DNA of 64,000 nt from Takakia lepidozioides (lineage: Eukaryota; Plantae; Bryophyta). The position numbers were made by a program, and so were the translations under genes. Below, piece by piece: positions 13,713 to 26,300 of this stretch; position 1 is the first letter of the stretch; every line of letters begins with the position of its first letter. The stretch covers positions 22,382,001 to 22,446,000 of the forward strand of contig CM060733.1 in the NCBI GenBank assembly GCA_030704615.1, read 5' to 3'. The notes under the pieces are model-generated. The model was not told where the DNA came from. It did no database searches and saw nothing but the letters and a program-made list of their open reading frames with translations.

Positions 13713-13760
13713 CCAACACAAATCAAGATCCCTAGCTAGTAGATATCACGATTTAACGAA

Positions 13761-13772
13761 GCTCTGATACCA
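13761..13772 (-). promoter_or_regulatory. Primer-binding site (tRNA-iMet)
   Basis: GCTCTGATACCA, i.e. TGGTATCAGAGC on the minus strand, between the L1 LTR and gag. Confidence 0.9.
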
Positions 13773-15975
13773 AAAGAAGGGGTGTGAATCCCCTTCTGGG
13801 TGATTCTAATCTGTACTCCTCCCTAGTTGAAGTCAAAGCAAAAGGAAGGAACGTTCTAGTGATCCAACCATCTTCACATGGCTGTGGGTTTCCCTTACTT
13901 CGTTCGTGATCAGAGTTCATGCAATCCTCATCCACGCCGCAGCGGAAGAGAAGACATGGATGGGGAGTTTTGAATTGTTCTTGCTCTTGGTTCTACTTTT
14001 ATACAACAGCCTTGCCCTATGATCACAGCGCCAACAGTGCTGCCATGATCTTTTCTGTGATGCAACCAGCCCTATGACAGCGCTGAACACGACCCTTAAT
14101 GTGAAGCTCCCTTGAGCAGTGACACGTCGGAAGCCCCCTTTGTAATGGTGACACAGATTTAGAAGGAGGCAGCTCAGATTTGCCATGAACTGCAGGGCCA
14201 CTAGTCTCTTTCAGGGTTCATGTTTTCTTCATCTCATCTCCCCAAATTGGCCATCCCCCATCAACCCTTTTACTGAGCAGCTCTCTCCCTTCCCAAATCC
14301 TTTTCTCTCTCTCTCTAATCTTGGTCTACAGGTTCCTCACTTCTTCAACAGCAACATATCTACCATGCAATGCAATGCACAACTCAGCCAGGCATCCAGT
14401 GCACCCAGCCTTGAAATCATCCTTGGTCACACAAGGCATAACCATCCCATTCATCAGTCTCTCTCTCTCTCTCTCTCTTGCCAATGACCAACCCTTCACA
14501 CTACCTTTTTCCAAAAGAAGCCATTGCCCAAACAGCTCTCAGCCTTTCTACAGGTTTCAACCAAATACCCCAACAGCCCTCTTTTCCCTTCAACTGTGAA
14601 CCTCAGTTGTTCATACCCTGAGACCATGCTGGAAATTAGTTCCAAAAACCAAATCAGTGTCGGTGTTGCTTCCCCATCCACATTATCCTTTCTTTGTTTT
14701 CAACAGTTCTAACTAACCCTCACTGGTGTTTTCAATCAGCCAAGCTAGGTCTACATTGGTTCCAGTGTATCAATACCCAGGGCAACATTGTGTGTAGGTT
14801 CATAACACTGAAACAAAGAACAAGAATGAAGACAAACAGTGACCATTCTGATTTAGTGACAAGCAGTCTCTCGCCCCACTCATTTCTCCTACTGACACTA
14901 TAACATCAGGTGCATCCATCCTTTCCCTATCCTGGTTTGAAGTCCAGAGTCTCCATTCCATTTCCAAAACCTTTTTCCTCCATCACATATCTATACCTCC
15001 TTCTCCTCTACCAAGACCCAGTCCTAAATCCACACCAAAACGATTTCTAAGTCACCACTCCCCAAAAAAAACGAAGCCCACAGTCTACAAACTTATCTGT
15101 TTTATCCTCCAGCGAAGCGGTGGATCTGCCTGCCAAGATGGCACCTCACCATCGCCTGTCAGCAGCCACTTCAACCTATTCTCCTTGTCTTGATTCCAGT
15201 ATTTATCATGCCATGATGGCTCCTCTTCATCCTATGGAACATCCTGTGGCTTGCCAACTAAATACTCTATCCTTCTATGCGTGCAATTCTTCCCTAAGAA
15301 TTGACATGTTCCTATAGTAAGAAGACACAAAAGCAGCTATAAGCTTTGATTACAGATAACCTGAGTTGACAGCACTTCACATGCCTCATCCCCTCCATTG
15401 ATTGTGCCCACAACTCACTTCCTTGTGCTTCCGGCAGCTAGCCATTTTCCTTGCTTGCTCATCTGCCCATAACTGTTTTCTTCAAGGCAATGGCGACAGC
15501 GGTGGTGCGCCGCTCTTCTTACATGCTCCTACTCTAGGAATTGATCATCACTACGAGAAAAGCGGCACCGCTTCCCTTTACACAGAATACCAAGCAGAAG
15601 CACTTAATGCCGCTCTCTAAACCAACCAGAGTCCCATAGCGTAGGTACAACCTCCCAAAAACAGACGGCCCTGCCAACCCCACTGCTCGCAGCAGCTGCT
15701 AAGAGTTGCCCGTCATCTTCCTCTTCGTTTTCCTCAACCCGCGTTTCTAGGTTAAACACCTGGGATGAAAACGTTCATCCTACGGATGAAAATACTCATG
15801 GTCATGACTTAGCCATTTTTATCCTGGCAAAGCATAAGCACAGTATGCCCATGAAATTACCTGTATGCAGGGATATATCCCTCCTGCAGTTGTACAACAG
15901 GCACTCCCGTTGTAGTGATGCAGGGTCTTAACGGTAAAACAAAATGTAATGTCACTCCCCTGCATTCACACTACA
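13773..15975 (-). mobile_element. LTR family L1, 5' LTR of the gag-protease element
   Basis: Starts TGTAGTGTGAATGCAG on the minus strand. Ends CCCCTTCTTT abutting the PBS; the terminal CACACTACA seen in the solo LTR is missing. Confidence 0.8.
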
Positions 15976-17084
15976 CTTCACGTGCACTGTTTGTCCCCTG
16001 GCCCGAGTGCAATTGCATGTCGCATGCTACTAACCGCCCGCTTTGTCCCTCAGGTACCTCAATGTGGGCAGGGACATTGTCCGACAGGCATGTCTTCGCC
16101 TTCGAGCCAAATATTGCCCTCCACAACTCCGAACTTGCAGCGGCTGAACGTCTGCCGAAAAGGAAGAGGCATCCTCGGAGGATGAGGAAGAATCCGACAA
16201 GGAGCAGGGGGAGGTACAAGTTGGGATCGAGGCCGAGGAGCCCCCGGTTTACGAGTGAGTGGTCGCATTGTAAGTTGCCTCCTGATTTCGTGAGGCACCT
16301 CTCTTCGCTCTCTTATTTCATTGAAAGACCTTTTTTGGCTTCTGCTGGTATTGACATTCTTAAAGTGGATTTGTTCTTACTGCAGGATGCCAAGTACTGC
16401 AGGAGGGACGTCTACACCGCAGTTCGTGGGCAGGAGGAACGTGCCTTTTTTGCCAGGGGGGATTTCATGCCTAGTCCGGAAAGGGACTACATCCTTCCTA
16501 CTTATGTTGCCCGGCTTGCTTCGGTGTCCATTAGGAGGTCTTCCGAACCTAGTCTGTACAACAGATTTTATACGAGGCAAGCCTCATGAAAATGAAGATG
16601 AGGGAGGAGGCAGCAACTATTAGAGCCCGTCAGGCTCGTAGATTTGTCCTGGATACTGCTGAGGAAAGTGGGGGAGAAGAGGCAGAAGATTCCCAGGAGG
16701 TGAGGTGGACAGTCCCCCAAGGAGAGGACGGAATTTTTGAGAGGCATAGTGGAACTGATGCATCACAGAGCTCAGAGGATGGGGGGGATGAGGGGGATGA
16801 GGGGGATGAGGAGGAAGGCGGGGCAAGTTCCTCGGAGGGTGTAGGAGAGTAGTGCCCATTCCGGCTATGACAGTTAGGACACACTTGTATAGATGTGGCT
16901 TGCCACAAAATTTGCAATAAAATGTTGCATTTCATTGCTATGACGAGTCCACTAGTGCCAAATTCCAACTTCATATGACCCTATTTCCGTGCCTCCTAAC
17001 CCTATTTCTGTGGACACACAATGGTCCGCTCATGTTTTTTTTTTTTCCGCTCATGCTCATGCCGCTCATGAAATAGCAACCCCC
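15976..17084 (+). mobile_element. Mutator-like family B, terminal fragment: last exons of the MTase-like gene plus TIR
   Basis: Inverted high-identity copy of ~53746-54840. TACTAAC branch point and AG acceptor at 16028-16053. Ends in CATGAG subterminal repeats and ...ATGAAATAGCAACCCCC. Confidence 0.8.
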
Positions 17085-19057
17085 ACTTAAATCCTCTCAC
17101 TATTTGGCAACAACAGAAACAGAAACTAAAGTATGCTGAGTGAGGGGTACAACTGAGACCACATACCTATAGGATATCCTCTCCAAGAAGCTCATGTGCA
17201 TCAAATGCAAGAACATGTCCACAACCAATCGGATTAGTTTAATGTAGTGCATACTTGCATCTATGCAATACTTTTGGAGAAATAAGTAGATACCAGACCT
17301 TATGCATACATTGTTGGTTAGGATTGGTCGATTGGGGTTATCCGCCCTTATGCTGTCAACTAAGGATTGAATTTGAGAGCTATTTTCGCCACTCCATAGC
17401 AAGGTTTTTTCATGTAGAAGCTATTCTCACACACAGGGATAGGGGCCACAGGTGTTGGCTGTGGCTCATAGAGATTCTGCTGTGGTTCGTTTTGGTGCCT
17501 TTCTGGCCTCATCCACACAAGAGATGAGAATTATGAAGAAGGGACTACACTCTCCACCAAATTGCCATACGCATCCTTTCTCTCCTCTTCCAAAAACATT
17601 GTTCCAAGGCGGAGGTCGAACCGCACGTAGAATTACTGCTCGGACACAATGCAGAATCCATTCTTGCTGGGGATTTTGGCTTTCAAAGTATGGGGAGGAC
17701 AGTACACGACAGCTCACTTGTTAGCGTCCATGGCGACAACAGAACGATGCTTACGCATACAATACAAGTGCATCAAAGGCATAGGATAGTCTTCAGCCCA
17801 TCCAAGAGGCCAGCTAGAGCACGATCACACACCAACCATGGAGAAGAGTCATAAGTGCAAGACATAATGACCCCTCTCCTCGAAGACTCTATAGCTCTCT
17901 CTCTCTGTGAAATTGCGGAGAACCTGCAGAAGGGAAAGGTCGTGATACAAATTAACTACAAAGACACAGGGAAAAGAGAGAAATGGGGCACAAGAGTGAG
18001 TCAATCCGTGAGGATTTGCTAAACTAACCTTTTGATTTCATCAATCAGTGTACGCATAATTATGAGCTCAAAAACTATAGCCGCTCGTATGCAAGACTCC
18101 CCCAAAGGAGACAGTGTGACCTCATACTTCATACTTGAACAGACAAAGAGTGAAGGCTTCTTCACACTGTAAGGGCAGACCTCTGTGAGATCATACCCCA
18201 CAGCCTATAGGGGGCATATGCCTGAGCAGGAAATGCAGATGCTACTGCGTCAGAATCTGTATTCAATTGCACTCTCTCTGATGGAGGCCTATTCTCTGAG
18301 CGTTCAGCACAAGCAGACCACTTTGCCAAATTTGCAGGCTAAACTTGGCCCTGATGGCCCTGATAAACTTGGCATTGTGATCCTGATACTTAATTTTGAT
18401 ACTTAATCCTGATACTTAATCATGTTATCCCATGTGGAGCTACATGGGATAACACACCAGTTTCCTTGTTCTTTTCCTGTTTGTTAAGGTAAATGGAGCT
18501 CATGGGGCAAACACTCTAGTTTACCTGTTACTTTCCCATGTTGTTCAGATGTCAGAGGAAAGGTCACGGGGAAAAGAAAAATCTCCTTTTACAACTCTTC
18601 CCACATCGTTCCCTGTTGCTACACAGGGAACGTTCCGAAAGCTCCTTGTGTGGTTCATATCAACACATTATTAGAGAGGGTTAAGATCTTAACATTTTAA
18701 CAGAGTCGATCCCACCCATGTAACTAGTAGATTGTTTTGAAAGGTTCTAGTACTTCAGCTTGGGGATTAGTATTGCAGGGGTTTAGGGTTTACCGTAAAC
18801 ACACAATGTATTGCGCTGAAAATTGAATGAAATTACCAGCCACTGGTTGCCAGCCCAAGAGTCTAGATTCAAATCTTGCTACCTTGTTGTGTGCTATTAT
18901 CCTGTCCCACTTCCTTGGGCAAGGGCCCATCAAATATGTCTTAGAAAAATTATACACAGTACATTTATTATTGTCTCAGTACATGGTTTAAGGGTTTTGG
19001 ACTGAATGCTACTATGCCAAACGCGTCATTTGTGAACTAGCTCCAAGTCTTATCTGA

Positions 19058-19726
19058 TCATAGCACTATATACTCTTCAAGAAACTGCTGAAAATCAGCG
19101 TCGTTGGAGGTACGGTCCTGATCATGGGTAAAGCTCGTGTCTACTCCTTGGAGTGCAGGCGTGACTTCATGATCAGCTTGATGCTGAATGGGCGCAGATA
19201 CATTGGAAAATGACATAGAAACTCCTAAACTGTGGTCTGTCAAGTACGTCTTATCCATTGACGACTGCATCATGGCTTTGCTTCTAGTGTACATGTTATA
19301 ACCCCAGTCGTCTTCTTCTACAGATGGAGTTGACATGTATGAGTTTTGGATATTGTCAACCAACCTATTCAACGGTTGTAGGAAACCCTGCATACCATTG
19401 GAGGCTTCCGAGCCATCATTTGGGATGTTGCCAAGCAACCTTTTGGATCCGTCTGTCTCACTTTCTCGCCCTAGGAAACCTTGCAGATTGAACTTGGTAT
19501 GCTGAGGAGACTGACTTGGCCCTGAGCTGGAAGTGTTGTCGATGTTTGCCTTTTCTTTCACCTTCGCCTTGTACTGACGGCCATACGGTTGAAAGTATTT
19601 TCTACACCCCTTGCAGAAGTAACGTGGCTGCTTTATGGAGTTGTTGTTGAAATACGAAAATTTAGTATCGGTGGGCTTGACGCAGCCTTCTCTCGGGCAA
19701 TCAAAGTGAGGTTGAACCTGCAACAT
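19058..19726 (-). CDS. Dof-type zinc-finger transcription factor, divergent domain
   Basis: CPREGC...[25 protein letters not shown] matches the Dof consensus CPRC...TKFCYYNNY...QPRxFCxxCxRYW. Open 222-aa frame. The true start is uncertain because of a possible intron at ~19718-19859. Confidence 0.85.
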   Translation of the reverse strand: MLQVQPHFDCPREGCVKPTDTKFSYFNNNSIKQPRYFCKGCRKYFQPYGRQYKAKVKEKANIDNTSSSGPSQSPQHTKFNLQGFLGRESETDGSKRLLGNIPNDGSEASNGMQGFLQPLNRLVDNIQNSYMSTPSVEEDDWGYNMYTRSKAMMQSSMDKTYLTDHSLGVSMSFSNVSAPIQHQADHEVTPALQGVDTSFTHDQDRTSNDADFQQFLEEYIVL

Positions 19727-19915
19727 ACTAGTCAGATTCGTTAGTGCACCTCACCTCAAGAACGGTAGAACTTGCTTCCAGCAATCTCGTGAACACTCCC
19801 AATTGCCCTGCGACTCTCCAACCACAATTGAGTGGGGAGGGAGAGAGGGGGGAGAGACCTGAAGTTTGTTAGACGCGGAAACTAACGTGTGAGTGTGGGA
19901 GAGGAACTTATCCAC

Positions 19916-20037
19916 TCTTATATAGGCCTAGCGTTGCAAAAACTTTTGAACAGACAACTTTTGCCAAAATAGTGGGACGAAATCTTTTGCTCAAAATAGT
20001 TGAATCCGAGTTGAATGAAATCTTTTAACCAACTTTA
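19916..20037 (-). promoter_or_regulatory. Putative promoter of the Dof gene: TATA box plus AAAG cluster
   Basis: CCTATATAAG on the minus strand at ~19917-19926. Five (A/T)AAAG motifs within ~100 bp upstream. Confidence 0.5.
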
Positions 20038-23021
20038 GTGAATTTTGAGATGGCGGGCCCCATACAAACGTACTGTGACACAGGAGCTGTGGCGCAACAG
20101 GAACTCCCTTCAGCTCTTGAAGTTCAGTCTCTTTTACGTTACATGCTTGTCCAACTAGAACACCATGGCAACATCCTTTCTAGATCTGAGTAACGACGCG
20201 CGCTGATACACGCACTGATCAGATTTACCGCCCATGATGTCTCCCGCAACAAGCAGCCCAAGGCGACGCGCTTCAAAACAACCTCGGGCTGTACATCTGC
20301 AGAGCTCGATCTTCAACAAACAACCTCGAGCTGTTCTTACGCCATTTCTTTTCTCCTTCCCAGTATCAAAGGGGTGAATTACTGTGTTTGCAGAAACTGC
20401 TGATCCCTCTGTCTGAGTACTTCAGTTATTAGCAGCATACACCTGTACAAGGCAGTTCATCTCGAGGCATAGTTAGGCAGACCCTAATGGGGTCCATCAC
20501 TCTTTAAGTTTTGTTTTGGTTTTGGAAATATCTTGAATTTCCTGTGGTCCCATGGGAACTTTGGCCCTCCTGCGGTAAAACTGTATTTCTTATCCACAGA
20601 GCTCACCAATGGGTTTAGATCCCATACTTCCGAGCCAGAAGAAAAAGCCCTATGTCCCAATTGGAAATGAACACTAACCTCACATACTAGAAGACACCGA
20701 GAAGAGCGACTGTAGAAGGACCATCACATTTGTCATCGGAGCAGCTTGGATCCGTCAGTTCTCCATCATAACCTGTTGATCCAGCTATCAGTTAGTCACA
20801 ATGAAGGGAGAGATACAGATGAACCCAGTAACGGTTTGTGTGGAGACTTCCCTCCCTTGAGGACATGGTCTACACAATTTAACCCTGCAGAATGTTGCGA
20901 GGTCTTGACTGTATAATCTATAGATAAAGAAACAATGAAGTAACTTATATTGTCCATAGCAATCTCAAAGAGCTTATGATATGGAGGAAAATCGAAAACA
21001 AGATGAAGTACTTAAAGTGGGACCCCCAACAACCAGCGTCCGGCACAATCAGAAAGCTACAATTCAACTTTTAAGAGAGCCGCGTAGATATGCATAACAT
21101 GCATAACCTATATCTGATCCTCATAGCGGAAGACTGCAAGGATTCGCCGTCTCTAAATAACAGGTAGCAGCTCCAGAGTACGTAGAGACGACAGTGAAAG
21201 AAAAATGTCTTGGGCAGGTGCAGTCTCAATCTCCGGCCTCTCTCCGGCTTGTCTTGTCTTAGTGCAAGCAGGACAAAAGTGCTTAATTAGTGCACTACAA
21301 TACATCCTGTCTGCCATCCATCCTCAGGCTCTTCTGTAAGCCCACCCTGAAAATCTCGGTAATCTACTGGAAAGCCCGAAGGGCCAGCACTTAACAGGAA
21401 AAAGAAGGAAGGAAAGAAAACGCAAGGTAAGGAGCCTTAAACCGTACGGAAGACAGAGTTCTACTCACTAGCAATTTGCTTATTGTAGCAAACAAGTGTT
21501 GGGCGCATGCTGAGAAGACAGAGCATATTGAAATGATAGATAATCTCGTCCATAATTCTAGGTTTCATCTGATATGGTGAATAAGGTGCAAACACCTAAA
21601 TGTGTGTGTGACCTTAAATGGACCCCTATATTTGTGACCAAATGTGACTCATGAAATCTTTAAATGAATGCATTATTTTCATTGGTTGGTTTTAGGTTCA
21701 CCAATGGAGAGAAGTCCTTATATATAGGGATATGGTTGTGACTTGTATTGTACAGTATTTTTGTTATTAATGTGTTAACTATAAACATGATTTGCATGCC
21801 TTAATCACTTATTAAAACAAGTTTAGGGTGGATTTGGGAAGAATAGCGCTCCGTAATAGCCATGACGGCTGCTCCAATTAAATGTAGTGGCTGCTCAATT
21901 CAAAATACGGCTGCTCCAATCAAGCAGAGTGGCTGCTCATTTTAAATGGGCCCGCCTACCATTCAAACTCTCATACCAAGTATAACACGGGCCCACTGGC
22001 CACCAATCAGATGTGCAAGGGTTCCACTATGCCCCGATGTGGCAGGAGTCCCCGTTGCCGGATGTGCCCTCCCGGAGCGCCACTGGAAGTAGATTCCAGA
22101 AGTGGAGCATAGCCAGCGGCAGCACCCCATAGTCCAAGCCCTTCTTTGCTGACCGCTCAGGCTAAGGGGGCGGCGTCGCTGATTGGCTAGGCCGCTCCAA
22201 ACCGGCCCATACCTCCCCCCCCCCCCCCCAAAATGCGTAGCAGGGTAGAAGCCCTCACCCGGCTTGACTACTTCGAGGCGCTTTGCTATCTCGGCCACTT
22301 CATGGGCGTCTCATCCTCCCTCATCGACAACATTGGGCTAGCAACGACCACTTCCAAAGGCCCTTGAAGCTGACGTTGGGCCTTGGCAAGTGCAGCCTTC
22401 GCTGCGGAGGAAGAGGTTGCTATGGGGGTGACATCCAAAAGTTGCCTATACCGGGCCCCCGAACGGGTGATATGCTTGCCAAGGTACATTTCACCCGTCT
22501 TGGTGGCCGGGGGTGTGCTCAACTGAGCATCCGGCTCAACAACAACCTCCCAAATATGAGAGCTGGCTGAGCTGGCCCCTGGCGCATCCAAGATGGGGCC
22601 AAGAGGGGGGGTACTAGCCTCGGGGGGCAGACGAGCCCTTTGGATATGGCTATCGACGGGGCTGGTAAACCGTGAGACGCCCTGGCGCGTCACACGTGCC
22701 GGCAGAGCAAACGGATTCTCCGCCCCTTTCTTTGGGGCAGGGGACTTCTTCTCTTTCTCCATAAGCCTGGCACCTGTCATGCAAACCCACAAGTTGGCCT
22801 CATTAGGAAACAACCTCTACATTCCATATCAAAAACAAAAAAAACCAAGCATGTCGGGGGCTGAGAGCAGCAAGTGCTGGGGGTCTCGAGAGGGGGCAAC
22901 AAAGAAAAAGAAAAAGGTTGGGGCGGGGGGGGGGAGTGACTGAGCAGCAACAGCAGCTGCTGAGCACCACCTGCTCAGTCACTCCCCCCCCCCCCCCTTT
23001 TTTTTTTGTTTTGTTTTCTGA

Positions 23022-23022
<1 letters not shown>

Positions 23023-23065
<43 letters not shown>
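23023..23065. repeat. (CT)n microsatellite
   Basis: Directly visible. A second (CT)n run lies at ~14457-14478. Confidence 0.9.
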
Positions 23066-23068
<3 letters not shown>

Positions 23069-23314
23069 CCTCTTTTTTTTGCTACTCACAAAAATAAACA
23101 AACCACAAGGGAGAGTGGGAAGATATTCATGTCCTGTCAAGACATGGACAAGACCCTACTAGGGTCATTGTCAATTAAAGACATAAACAGCCCAAAACAG
23201 GGCACCATCTAACATTTCCATTCTTGTCATTGTCGTGCACCTAAGCATCGTGCCACAACATACATCGTTGTCCACCACACAATCTAAGCACACAATCCTA
23301 GAAAGCTATAACAC

Positions 23315-26300
23315 AAACATAGTCACCAGGGTTGAATCTCCGAACCCCAGGACGATAGCCCCCACCACGTATGGTAGCATACCTCAACGTATCACGATGT
23401 TGTGCAATGGCAAGGTTCTCGAAAGCCATGGGCATGACTTTCTTGAACAACTCTGCACGCTGCTCACATACACGTGCCCACACGTCCGGATCGTCAAGGT
23501 TAAGAACTGTAGCAGCTTCTCTGCGAATGGATGTAGGCAAATCCGGCTCTCGGCCAAAGAGAAGAAAGTATGGTGAGAAGGAGGCAAGTGATGCTTGCTT
23601 GCTGAACCTGTAGCCCATGGCTAACCAGGTAACTGAAGGCCCAATCTCCTAGGTGTCCCTTCTGCAAGCCATACTTGCGCAAACCCTTCTTTACTGTCTG
23701 AACAACTCTCTCTGCCAAGCCATCGGCCTCAGGATGATCCCGAGAAGTGGTGCGGTGGTCTATCAAGGCCTTGTCACACAAAGCCTGAAACTCCCCCAAG
23801 AACTCTATCCCTTGGTCCGTGAGTACCTCAGCTGGAGCACCAAATCGGCTAAGCACACAATCCAAGAATGCATACGCAGCTCCCTCACTAGCCTTATCAG
23901 GCAATGGAACCAATTCAATCCACTTGGAGAAGTGCTCTACCATCACCAACACGTACTTGTTGTGGCGCATGGTCAGTGGCAACGGCCCTGCGAAGTCAAG
24001 ACTCCACCTGTAGCCCAATCCCATAATCGGAAGAGGGTGCAATTGTGGAGTAGGGGCGTTGAATGAAGCATGCACCCTGTCACACACCATGCACCTAGCC
24101 ACAAATTGTTGCACCTCTGTGTGCATACCACGCCACCAATATTACCCCTGCAGTAGACTATGAGTGCGTCGCACCCCAAAATGCCCCAACTCCTCATGGG
24201 CATGCCGCACTAACCGTGCCCGCTGTGTTGGGTGAGGCACAATCCTCACTCGACCATCCTCCCACACTCGGAGCAGGTGTGTCCCCTCCCACTTGAACCT
24301 CTTGGCTCGTTGTAGGATCCGATCCCTCTCCTTGGCAGTCACAGTGGCTGCAGTGTCTCCAGTGCGAAGGTAGTCCAACACAACTGAATCCTCATGTATA
24401 TTTTTGGCGCCACCTTGCTCATTGCTAGCCTCAGGGTCCTCAGACACTTGATCTACAGTCATCCCTGTTGCAGGTCCAACCTGGCCTTCCGCTGCCAAGA
24501 TACACAGAAATGCAGATGCATGCCATCCGGGCACCATCTCCTCGTCCGTCTCACCATGCCACCGAGCTCCAGTGTCATCCTGCTGGCTTGTGTATGGATT
24601 GCGACTCAACCCATCTGCATTGCGATTGACCAAACCCGGTCGATGCACCACCTGAAAGTCATACTCTTGAAGGATGAGTGCCCACCGTGCAAGCTTCCCC
24701 GTAAGCTTGTCTGACTCCATCAACCACTTGAGTGGTTGGTGATCCGTGACGAGGGTGAAGAGATTGATGTATAGATAGCACCTGAAGTGTGCCACGGCCC
24801 ACACTGCAGCTAATACTTAGACTCTGCAACGTTGTTCAAGCGGCTAGCATAAGCCACTACGAACTCTCTTCCCTCATCATCCACCTGTGTGAGCACCGCT
24901 CCAAGCCCCAGCATGCTCCAATCTGTATGCAACTGAAAAGGACGCCCCTGATAGGTCGTCTCAAGATGGGCGCCGAGGTCAACCTCGCCTTGAGCTCTTG
25001 AAAAGCTTGTTCTTGCTCATCTTCCCACTGCCACTCCTGGTCCACCTTGGTCAGATTGGTTAGAGCCTTTACAATGGCACTAAATCCCTTAACAAACCGT
25101 CTATAATAGTTTGCTAACCCATGAAAGCTCGAACTCGGCTCACATCCGTGGGGCGTGGAACCTATGCAATGGACTCTACCTTAGTCTGCTGTACCCCCCA
25201 TCCTCCAGGATATATCATGTGACCCAGATACTCAATCTGTGTTGTGGAAAAACTTGCACTTTCTCGGATGTAACTTCATCCGTGCGCCCTCAAGCGCTCA
25301 AATACCCCCTGAATGTGTCTCTCATGCTCTTCCACCGTAGCACTAAAAGATGATGATGTCATCTATGTAGCACCGAGCAACTCCACCCCTGCTAGAATCC
25401 TGTCCATGACTCTCTGAAACTCTGCCGGAGCGTTCTTAAGCCCAAATGGTAAGAACGCCCACTGGTATAGGCAATCCTTCCCGTGCTCATGATCCCCCAG
25501 AATGCCGTCTTTGCTTATCCGCCTCCTTGATCGGCAACTGGTGATATCCGGATCGTAAATCCAACGTGCTAAAGACCTTGGCATGCCCAATGGCATCAAA
25601 GATCTCCTCTGGTGTTGGCATGGCATACCTATCGGACTTGGTCTGACGATTTACAGGCCGGTAATCACCGAACAACGTCTCTCCGTCCAATTGCCAAAGA
25701 CATCTTTCTTGGCTGGCCTCACTGTGGCTGAAGCATACTCTCCCCAAGATAGCTCCACCAAACCAGCCTCCCAAAGGTCCTGAGTTCTCATCTGAATCAA
25801 GGACCTCTCCATGTCACTGTATATATAGGGTCTCCGAAAGATTGGCGTGTCAGTAGCCAATTCAATGCGAATCTCTTGACCCTTCAGTGCTCCTAAGTCC
25901 TTCAACTGAAGGCAAAGCAGTTCCTGTAAGCCCTCAAGAACCGCCGTATACGTCGTCTCTCTCCTCCGGTGACTATAGGTCCAACATCAGGCTCCCAGTT
26001 GTCCTCCGTGACTGCAACCTTGAGTCCAGCAGGCTTAGAGGTAGAAAGACGCGTCCGTGGTTGCTATGCTGCAACCTCTTGAGCAGTGACCACTACCTCC
26101 TCTGTCAGTGACAATGTCTCATCCTGCCCATCATCCATCCTTGGGACCTCCTCAATCCGAGAAAAATCCCCAACCTGATCCAATCCACCGCCGCCTTGGC
26201 TGCCAACTCTTCTGAACCTCGAAACCTCCCACGTGTGCCATAGATGCGGCCTGCACCTCGTGGTCCTCACCTGCTCGCCCCCACTCGCTTGCCTGTACGT

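Noticed and set aside
15915-16589. 224-aa ORF as a standalone gene
   Set aside because: Chimeric read-through of LTR end, introns and shifted exons of the family B gene fragment.
17085-17093. Pairing the three family B TIR ends into a single insertion
   Set aside because: Flanks (ACTTAAATC, TACCGCCGC, ACTACAGAG) do not form TSDs, and the orientations do not enclose one element.
18777-18792. Telomeric repeat GGGTTTAGGGTTTA
   Set aside because: Only two units; not a meaningful array.
20300-21500. Possible decayed LINE or other coding remnant
   Set aside because: No diagnostic motif could be read confidently.
21963-22943. ORFs 21963-22298, 22286-22813 and their antisense partners
   Set aside because: Low-complexity GC-rich frames with no recognisable domain.
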